Shown piece by piece: positions 57,998 through 64,000 of a stretch of DNA of 64,000 nt. A program made the translations under genes and the position numbers. This DNA comes from an uncultured Ruminococcus sp. GTDB lineage: Bacteria > Bacillota > Clostridia > Oscillospirales > CAG-272. The first letter of the stretch is position 1. Each line of letters starts with the position of its first letter. The stretch covers positions 13,295 to 77,294 of the forward strand of contig CACZNC010000016.1 of assembly GCA_902782445.1 (NCBI GenBank), written 5' to 3'. The notes under the pieces are model-generated. The model made no database searches. It was not told the origin of the DNA and saw nothing but the letters and a program-made list of their open reading frames with translations.

Positions 57998-58861
57998 TTA
58001 TTTTTTCTTTTTCTTCTTGATCCCCACCGCGACGAGGACGGCGGAGAGGGCGGCTCCCACGCCTCCGATCAGCGCGCCGCGGACGAGCTTGGCCTTCTTT
58101 TCGGCTTTCTTCCGCCGCTCGGCCAGACTCTGGGAATAGAGCCAGTCCATATTGTCCCGGTCCTCGTAAACCCGGTCCCAGATCCCGTGGCCCTCGCCGT
58201 CGAATTCGGTGTAGTCGATCAGTTCGCCCCCCGCTTTCTTGATGGCCGCGAACATCTGCCGCGAGCCGGAAACGGGGACCGCGCCGTCCTCGGAACCGTG
58301 GAAGACCCGGATCGGGATGCGCTTGAGGAGCTCCGCGTAGGAGGGATCGCCCCCGCCGCAGATCGGGATCCCGGCGGCAAACCGCGCCCCGTGACGGGAG
58401 AGCAGATCCCAGGTCCCGAACCCGCCCATCGACAGGCCCGTGACGTAGATCCGGTCGTCGTCCACGTTGTAGAAATCCCGCACCTCGTCGATCAGCATGC
58501 AGAGCGTCTCGAGTCCGGGGCTCTCGGGGGTCTCCTCGATCGAATAGTTCCCCTTTTCCCAGGGCCAGAGGACCCACTGGCTGTCTTCGGGGCACTGGGG
58601 CGCCAGGACGATGGAGTCGTAGACCGGGGAGGACGGATCGTTGAAGAGATACTGGGCGTGGATCAGCTGCCGTTCGTTCTCCGTGCCGCGTTCGCCCGCC
58701 CCGTGGAGAAAGACGAGCAGGGGATAGCGCTCCCCGCAGTCGTAGTTCTTCGGGACATAGATGCGGTACGGAAGCGTGAAGCCGTTGTTCTCGAACGACC
58801 GCTTCGCAAAGACTTCGCCGACTTTATAAGGCTCGGCGCGCTTGACTTTCACGGAAGCCAT
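57998..58861 (-). CDS. alpha/beta hydrolase (carboxylesterase/peptidase-like) with a C-terminal TM anchor
   Basis: YPLLVFLHGAGERG, nucleophile elbow GLSMGGFG, and a C-terminal TM plus poly-Lys tail. Confidence 0.75.
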   Translation of the reverse strand: MASVKVKRAEPYKVGEVFAKRSFENNGFTLPYRIYVPKNYDCGERYPLLVFLHGAGERGTENERQLIHAQYLFNDPSSPVYDSIVLAPQCPEDSQWVLWPWEKGNYSIEETPESPGLETLCMLIDEVRDFYNVDDDRIYVTGLSMGGFGTWDLLSRHGARFAAGIPICGGGDPSYAELLKRIPIRVFHGSEDGAVPVSGSRQMFAAIKKAGGELIDYTEFDGEGHGIWDRVYEDRDNMDWLYSQSLAERRKKAEKKAKLVRGALIGGVGAALSAVLVAVGIKKKKKK

Positions 58862-58879
58862 GACGGAATTCCTCCGATT

Positions 58880-59384
58880 TTAGTTGTTAGTTGGAAGTGG
58901 CTAGTGGCTAGTAGAGCGAAGAGGGAAGAGGGAATTCAGAATTCAGAATGAAGAATTGTTTCACGTGAAACATCCGCCGCCAAAACTCTATGTTTCGCCC
59001 GGACAGATTTTCGATCCCGCGGTTCAGCCTGCACGCGGATCTGAATCTGAATATGTGCGCGAGGACGGAGAAACAGTTTCAGCTTTCCATCCGCGCGTCC
59101 CATGTAATGCGCGCCTGAATCTCCGCCGTAAGGCCGCAGGACTTGTCCTGCGCATGTTTCGGCTGCACGAGCAGAGACCGCGCGAGGACGTGGGATGCAC
59201 AGTCGATTTTCGATTCAGGGACGAGCTGTAAGTTTATGCCATACGGCCAAGGGACCCGCACAGGGGGCCTTCGGCCTGAGATGGTCCCCCGTGCCGCCGT
59301 CCCGCGCAGGGACATAAATATACCGGTCGACGCAGTCACCGGGACCGTCGTTGCTGATTTCGAAAGGCGGAGTCTTTCGTTCGC
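58880..59384. repeat. R29 mosaic element: arm - parS - G(-)
   Basis: Between the hydrolase start and the oxidoreductase stop. Confidence 0.8.
58957..58972. promoter_or_regulatory. parS: parS-type 16-mer, perfect TGTTTCACGTGAAACA
   Basis: Exact read; R29. Confidence 0.65.
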
Positions 59385-60440
59385 TCAGAACGTGACTTCT
59401 CTTCCCAGATCGCTGGAATCATAAATTCCCTGCATGAGTTTGGAGGTGAGGATGTTCCGGTCGATGTGGCTCGGGAGCTTTTCGCCGGTCTGCACGCAGC
59501 GGACGAAGGCGTTGATCTCGTTCTGGAACATGGGGGTGGATTCGTATTCGGGCTTGTAGCTGTAGAGCTTGCCGTCCTTCGTCGTGTAGACGGTGAAGTC
59601 TCCGCCGTATTTCAGCCGGATGCCGCCCTTGGTGCCGAGGAAGTCGATGTACTGCTCCGCGACGCCGATGTTCTGGGCCCACGCGCCGTTGAGGGTGATG
59701 GTGGGACCGGTGGTGCGGACGAAGGCGGTGACGGAGTCGTCCACGTCGTAGGTGCCGTTCAGATCCTTCGTGTTCTCGGCCCACATGCTCTCGTAGACGT
59801 AGTTCGGCATGTCGACGCCCAGCTTGCAGAAGGCCTTGCCGGAGACGGTCTTCGGTTCCGGGTCGCCCGTGCAGTACATGACGATGTCGAGGTAGTGGAC
59901 GCCCCAGTCGATGAGCGCGCCGCCGCCCGCGATCTCCTTCGTGGTGAAGGCTCCGCCGAGGCCGGGGATGGACCGGTGGGCGCGGAAGGAGACGTAGACG
60001 TGGTAGACTTCGCCGAGCTCGCCCGCGTCGATGAGCTTCTTGATCTCGTTGACGGCGGTGTTGAAGCGGTTGACGACGCCGATGTTCAGGGTCAGTCCGG
60101 TCTCGTGCTGGGCGGCCTGCATGGTGAGGGCTTCGGCGTAGGTGCGGGCCGCGGGCTTTTCGCAGAGGACGTGCTTTCCCGCATGGAGGGCGTCGATGGC
60201 GATGATGGGGTGCATCTTGTTCGGCGTGCAGACGGAGACCGCGGTGATCTCGGGATCCGCGAGGACGTCGTGGTAGTCCGTGACGGCGATGCCGCAGCCG
60301 TATTTTTCGACCGCCGCCTGGGCCCGCTCGGGGATGATGTCGCAGAAGTACTTGATCTCCGCGTCCGGGCAGTCCATATAGCAGGGGATGTGGGCGGAAT
60401 TGGCGATGGTGCCGCAGCCGATGACTCCGACTTTGATCAT
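59385..60440 (-). CDS. Gfo/Idh/MocA family oxidoreductase
   Basis: MIKVGVIGCGTIANSAHIP... Rossmann N-terminus, EKPAART motif, 351 aa. Confidence 0.9.
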   Translation of the reverse strand: MIKVGVIGCGTIANSAHIPCYMDCPDAEIKYFCDIIPERAQAAVEKYGCGIAVTDYHDVLADPEITAVSVCTPNKMHPIIAIDALHAGKHVLCEKPAARTYAEALTMQAAQHETGLTLNIGVVNRFNTAVNEIKKLIDAGELGEVYHVYVSFRAHRSIPGLGGAFTTKEIAGGGALIDWGVHYLDIVMYCTGDPEPKTVSGKAFCKLGVDMPNYVYESMWAENTKDLNGTYDVDDSVTAFVRTTGPTITLNGAWAQNIGVAEQYIDFLGTKGGIRLKYGGDFTVYTTKDGKLYSYKPEYESTPMFQNEINAFVRCVQTGEKLPSHIDRNILTSKLMQGIYDSSDLGREVTF

Positions 60441-60469
60441 GATGATTCTCCTTTGTGTGGATGAGATGA

Positions 60470-60485
60470 TGTTTCACGTGAAACG
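60470..60485. promoter_or_regulatory. parS: parS-like variant TGTTTCACGTGAAACG (1 mismatch), solo site
   Basis: Exact read. Lies 30 bp upstream of the oxidoreductase ATG, with no arms. Confidence 0.5.
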
Positions 60486-60648
60486 GTCCGGCCTGCCCGA
60501 GAGATCGGGGAGCCGCACCGCCGCCGGAAAACGGAAGGATCCGGCTTCTATCCCGTATTATACCACAGCGAAAGAAAAATTACAACAGAAAATCCCCTCT
60601 TTGCCGCGGGAAAAACGGCAAAATTCACGGAGCCGCCCGTCCGGGGAC

Positions 60649-60677
60649 TTGACGGGGAGCCGCGGATGTGATAAGAT
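60649..60677 (+). promoter_or_regulatory. candidate promoter of the zinc-ribbon ORF
   Basis: TTGACG, 17 nt, TGaTAAGAT. Confidence 0.45.
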
Positions 60678-60705
60678 AAAACCGGAAGGGAAAGGAGGCG
60701 ATCCC

Positions 60706-61029
60706 ATGCCGTACTGCGAACGGTGCATGACCGTGTTCTCCGGAGACGTCTGCCCGGAGTGCGGAAAGAAGAACCGGATCCGGGAACTGAAACCGGACGA
60801 TCCCTGCCTGCTGGGGGAATTCGACAGCATCTGGAGCGAAGTCCTCACCGACGTGCTGACCCAGAACGGGATCCCGTTCATGAAGAAGGGCAGGCTCGGC
60901 GCCGGACTGGCCTGGACCGTCGGCCCTGTGCTCGAAAAGGAAAAGATCTACGTCCCCGCGTCCGCCCTGGGAGAAGCGAAGGATCTGGCGGAAGGGATTT
61001 TTGAGAAAGCGGAAGAGAGTGAGGAATGA
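60706..61029 (+). CDS. small zinc-ribbon protein, function unknown
   Basis: ATG at 60706 preceded by an AAAGGAGG Shine-Dalgarno. MPYCERCMTVFSGDVCPECGKK... (CxxC-x10-CxxC). Has its own promoter. The stop and the ESEE tail lie in a repeat arm. Confidence 0.6.
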   Translation: MPYCERCMTVFSGDVCPECGKKNRIRELKPDDPCLLGEFDSIWSEVLTDVLTQNGIPFMKKGRLGAGLAWTVGPVLEKEKIYVPASALGEAKDLAEGIFEKAEESEE

Positions 61030-61135
61030 GGAATTGGGAGGCCGTCGGCCGGGAGGTTCCGTACAGCGGCGGGCAGATTGTTTCACGTGAAACAAACGCA
61101 AATTCTGCATTCTTAATTCTTAATTCTGAATTCCC
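61013..61135. repeat. R30 minimal element: arm - parS - arm
   Basis: Overlaps the stop of the zinc-ribbon ORF. Confidence 0.75.
61079..61094. promoter_or_regulatory. parS: parS-type 16-mer, perfect TGTTTCACGTGAAACA
   Basis: Exact read; R30. Confidence 0.65.
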
Positions 61136-61179
61136 TCGCGTTCTCCCTTCTCCCTTGACTTCCCGGCCGAAATTCCCTC

Positions 61180-61209
61180 TTGACATCCCGGCCCTGTGTG
61201 TGGTATAAT
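61180..61209 (+). promoter_or_regulatory. sigma-A-type promoter of tRNA-CAT
   Basis: TTGACA (61180-61185), 18 nt, TGgTATAAT (-10 at 61204-61209). The tRNA 5' end is 10 nt downstream. Confidence 0.65.
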
Positions 61210-61218
61210 AGCTCACGC

Positions 61219-61295
61219 GGGCCATTAGCTCAGTTGGTCAGAGCTCCCGGCTCATAACCGGTTGGTCCTGGGTTCAAGTCCCCGATGGCCCACCA
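61219..61295 (+). tRNA. tRNA with CAT anticodon, most like tRNA-Ile2 (lysidine type); elongator Met not excluded
   Basis: GGGCCATTAGCTCAGTTGGTCAGAGCTCCCGGCTCATAACCGGTTGGTCCTGGGTTCAAGTCCCCGATGGCCCACCA. Cloverleaf with an encoded CCA. It resembles the Bacillus Ile-CAU tRNA. Flanked by a strong promoter and a terminator. Confidence 0.9.
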
Positions 61296-61296
61296 G

Positions 61297-61332
61297 AAAA
61301 ACAGACTCCCGAAAGAGTCTGTTTTTGATTTT
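61297..61332 (+). terminator. intrinsic terminator after tRNA-CAT
   Basis: AAAAACAGACTC, CCGAAA loop, GAGTCTGTTTTT, then GATTTT. Confidence 0.8.
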
Positions 61333-61392
61333 CCGCAGGTTTTGCGGGCGGGCCGGGTTTGAATTCAGAATTCAGAATGATGAATTAAGAAT

Positions 61393-61408
61393 TGTTTCAC
61401 GTGAAACA
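61393..61408. promoter_or_regulatory. parS: parS-type 16-mer, perfect TGTTTCACGTGAAACA
   Basis: Exact read; R31. Confidence 0.65.
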
Positions 61409-61628
61409 TTTTTCCGAAATTCCAGCCGCCGCACGTCCCGTTTCGCTTCCAGCTTGTCATTCTGACGCACCGACACAGTCGTGCGCACCAACGCAGTTGT
61501 GCTGTCAGCGAAGAATCTCCCAACATCAAGGCCAACCCATCCTCCGCGTGCGGAGATTCTTCGTCGCAGGCTCCTCAGAATGACAAAGAGAAGCGAAACG
61601 ATGGGGGTCAGCCGTCCGAAATCACGAT

Positions 61629-61644
61629 TGTTTCACGTGAAACA
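61629..61644. promoter_or_regulatory. parS: parS-type 16-mer, perfect TGTTTCACGTGAAACA
   Basis: Exact read; R31. Confidence 0.65.
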
Positions 61645-61706
61645 ACGGAGAACGGTTCTACTAACCACTAGCCACTGACCGCTAGCTACTCCTCACTCCT
61701 CACTCC

Positions 61707-63698
61707 TCATTCCTCATTCCTCATTTCCCCGAAGTAGTCCAGCAAAAACCAGTCCAGCCTTCCGGCGCCGGAGCCGTTGGGCTGCCAGGGGGTGAACCAG
61801 GGGTCGACGGAGGAATAGCGCTCCGAGACGATGTACTCCGGGGTGATGTTGTACCGGAGGATCCCCCGGAGGTACGCTTCGGCCTTTTCGGTCTCCCCCC
61901 GCTTCTTCCACGCCTCGATCCAGCAGATCTCCGACACCCCCGTGTAGTAGACGTTCCCGTAGAGACCGGGGGAGCCGCAGTCGTCGTTCGTCATCCGGCT
62001 CGAGAGGCCGTGGACGTCGTCAAGCATCCCGATCTCCCGGTAGAAGGTCTCCATCTGCCCGAAGATCTCAGAACAGGGATCCATGAACCTGAGCTTGACG
62101 AGATAAGGCGCGCCGTCGGTGGAAAAGCAGTGGTTGTAGCTCTCCTCGAAGGGGGTGCCGAGGATGTGGGGCATGTTGTAGGACCGCTCCCCCCGGTGCT
62201 CTTTGGCGAACCCGTCGAGAACGGACTGCACGACCAACCGGTAGTCCTCGTAAATCTCCCGCACCCGCCCGGCCTCGGGATCCCCGAATTTCTCGAAGGC
62301 CTCCGCCATCCAGCCGATCCCGTATACGTTCACCGCGTCCGTATAGGTCCAGTGCTGACCGATCTCGCCCCAGTCGCTGGCCTTCCCGGAGGTGAAGAGG
62401 CCCTTCACTTCGCCCGGCGCGGCCTTCGCGGGATCCCGCCGGTTTTCGATGTACCCGAGGGCGAGAAGCATCGGCTCCCGGAATTCCTCGAACAGTCCGC
62501 GGTCCCCGACGGTCAGGAGGTGGTACCCCATCCCCCAGAGAGCCGAGCCGTTGGCGTTGTCCCACTTCACGTAGGGATCGGCGAAAAGTCCCCGCTCCGG
62601 GTCGTCCTCCCCCGTCTTCTGCCAGCAGCGGATCCACATCCGGTAGGCGTCCGTCACGTACTCCGAAAGCCCGACCCGGTCGAGGAGGGTGAGATAGTGG
62701 GCCGCCTCCCAGATCCAGATAAACCGCCCCACGTCCCCCTGCCGGGAGTAGACCGCCCCGGGATCCGCGCATTTCTCGTACCGCTGGAGCATCTGCATAC
62801 ACACCGAAATATTGTGCCGGAAGAGATCTTCGAGCCCCGGCGCCCGCGGCAGGACTTTCACCTTCGCCTGGATCCCCTGCCAGTACGCGAGGCAGATCCG
62901 GTATGCTTCCTCATAATCCGGGATCTCATGCTCGTCGGCGAGGGGATCCGACCGCCGAATCACGAAGGTCAGGGACGCCGTTTCCCCCGGTCCCAGCCGG
63001 TAATCGAAGCGGAAATAGTCGTGGGCCCGGAAGCGGTTCTTCTGCTCCTCCCGGGACACCCAGCGGACCTTCCCGCCCTCCCGGTCCAGCAGGCAGACCC
63101 ACCCGTACCCGCTCTCGGACGTACAGACCTGAGAAACGCCGTCGACGGGCGGGATGGGGGAGTCCGAAACGGGCGCGAACCTGTTTTTCCAGGAGAGATA
63201 CCACTGCCCCACGTTCGGATTGTAGGGCTCGTACCCCGTGTCGTGGAGCCCCGTGAGATAGTGGTCCAGGGCGTTGTACCGCGGAAGGATCCCGGCAGTC
63301 CCCGAGACCGCCCAGGCGTTCGGATTCCGGATCTCGAGGCGGCAGTACGTCAGCGGCTCGTGTTTTGCTTCCGGCTTCCCGTCCCGGTCCGGGTCTACCG
63401 AGAAGGCGGACATGCGGAGGGAGCACCCGTTCTCCCCGTCCTCGTTGTTCAGCGCGTACATCGGGATCCCGCCCGAGGGCTTGTCCCATTCGGTCTTTTC
63501 CATATCGCAGTCCCCGGGCTCGGAGCCGAAGATCAGATGGACGCCGAATCCGGGTTGGTTGTAGTGCCGTCCCTGATCCCCCAGGTCCAGATCGGTGATC
63601 TTCATGTCCGGGTAAATCGAGACCAGCCGCCGCGCCCCCGAAGGATGCAGATACGCGCGGGAAGTCTTCGGACTCTGCCAGAGAGGGATTTGTTTCAT
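61707..63698 (-). CDS. hypothetical protein, possibly (alpha/alpha)6-barrel glycoside-hydrolase-like
   Basis: 663-aa ORF with coding-like composition. The functional guess rests only on Trp/Tyr/Gly-rich helical repeats in the C-terminal half. The C-terminal EMRNEE* is encoded by a repeat arm. Confidence 0.5.
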   Translation of the reverse strand: MKQIPLWQSPKTSRAYLHPSGARRLVSIYPDMKITDLDLGDQGRHYNQPGFGVHLIFGSEPGDCDMEKTEWDKPSGGIPMYALNNEDGENGCSLRMSAFSVDPDRDGKPEAKHEPLTYCRLEIRNPNAWAVSGTAGILPRYNALDHYLTGLHDTGYEPYNPNVGQWYLSWKNRFAPVSDSPIPPVDGVSQVCTSESGYGWVCLLDREGGKVRWVSREEQKNRFRAHDYFRFDYRLGPGETASLTFVIRRSDPLADEHEIPDYEEAYRICLAYWQGIQAKVKVLPRAPGLEDLFRHNISVCMQMLQRYEKCADPGAVYSRQGDVGRFIWIWEAAHYLTLLDRVGLSEYVTDAYRMWIRCWQKTGEDDPERGLFADPYVKWDNANGSALWGMGYHLLTVGDRGLFEEFREPMLLALGYIENRRDPAKAAPGEVKGLFTSGKASDWGEIGQHWTYTDAVNVYGIGWMAEAFEKFGDPEAGRVREIYEDYRLVVQSVLDGFAKEHRGERSYNMPHILGTPFEESYNHCFSTDGAPYLVKLRFMDPCSEIFGQMETFYREIGMLDDVHGLSSRMTNDDCGSPGLYGNVYYTGVSEICWIEAWKKRGETEKAEAYLRGILRYNITPEYIVSERYSSVDPWFTPWQPNGSGAGRLDWFLLDYFGEMRNEE

Positions 63699-63764
63699 CG
63701 GATAATCCTCCGTTCGGTGGGATAGGTGGATGGGCTTAGTATAGCATAAGGAGAGAGAAAATTC

Positions 63765-64000
63765 AAGGAGGAGTTGGGAGCGGTCAGCGGCTAGCGGCTA
63801 GTAGAACGAATGGAAAATCACCGCATAGGGACGTGGGTGCGGGATTTTTGTTTTTTTATATGGGAGCGCTTCGCTGGGATGGAAGGGACGCGCGGTTCTA
63901 AAGCTGAAACAGGGAGCGATCTTCGCGGGCTGTTTCAGATTGCAGACTGAACGAGCCGGAACATGGAGACAACCTCGCTTGATCGCCGGTCGTGTAGTCG
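63765..64000. repeat. R32 partial element: arm fragment - F(-), truncated by the window edge
   Basis: …TTTTTTTATATGGGAGCGCTTCGCTGGGATGGAAGGGACGCGCGG… matches the F distal end. The hub is presumably beyond 64000. Confidence 0.7.

Larger units (their letters stand above)
61340..61730. repeat. R31 mosaic element: arm - parS - E(-) - parS - arm
   Basis: The arm runs into the 3' end of the 61707 ORF. Confidence 0.8.

Overview
GC-rich, origin-proximal chromosome segment of a spore-forming, Clostridia-like Firmicute. I call 39 CDSs and 2 tRNAs, nearly all on the minus strand: yidC-yidD-rnpA-rpmH, a Wzz/BY-kinase/LCP envelope cluster, an ECF sigma factor, clpXP, tig, comM, mreBCD, maf, dut, zapA, gyrA, gyrB, remB-like, dnaN, oriC, dnaA and spoIIE. 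The genes are ordinary; the intergenic DNA is not. By my hand tally about 17 kb, roughly a quarter of the window, is a modular palindromic repeat family present in 32 composite copies. Its hub is a 16-bp palindrome identical to the ParB/Spo0J centromere site parS. I count 49 such sites: 36 are exactly TGTTTCACGTGAAACA and 13 differ from it at one position. Around each hub sit stop-codon-rich low-complexity arms, a ~230-bp hairpin module (E, 13 copies), a terminator-like module (I, 2 copies) and two long structured modules (F, 17 copies; G, 7 full copies plus 1 partial). F and G hairpins show compensatory base changes between copies. Complete ~0.9-1.0 kb inverted-repeat composites bracket the DnaA-box cluster in the 2.67-kb dnaA-dnaN spacer. 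The repeats split normally compact operons and supply stop codons or C-terminal tails to several CDSs. No transposase, CRISPR array, prophage or rRNA is visible. Functional readings of the repeats are inference.
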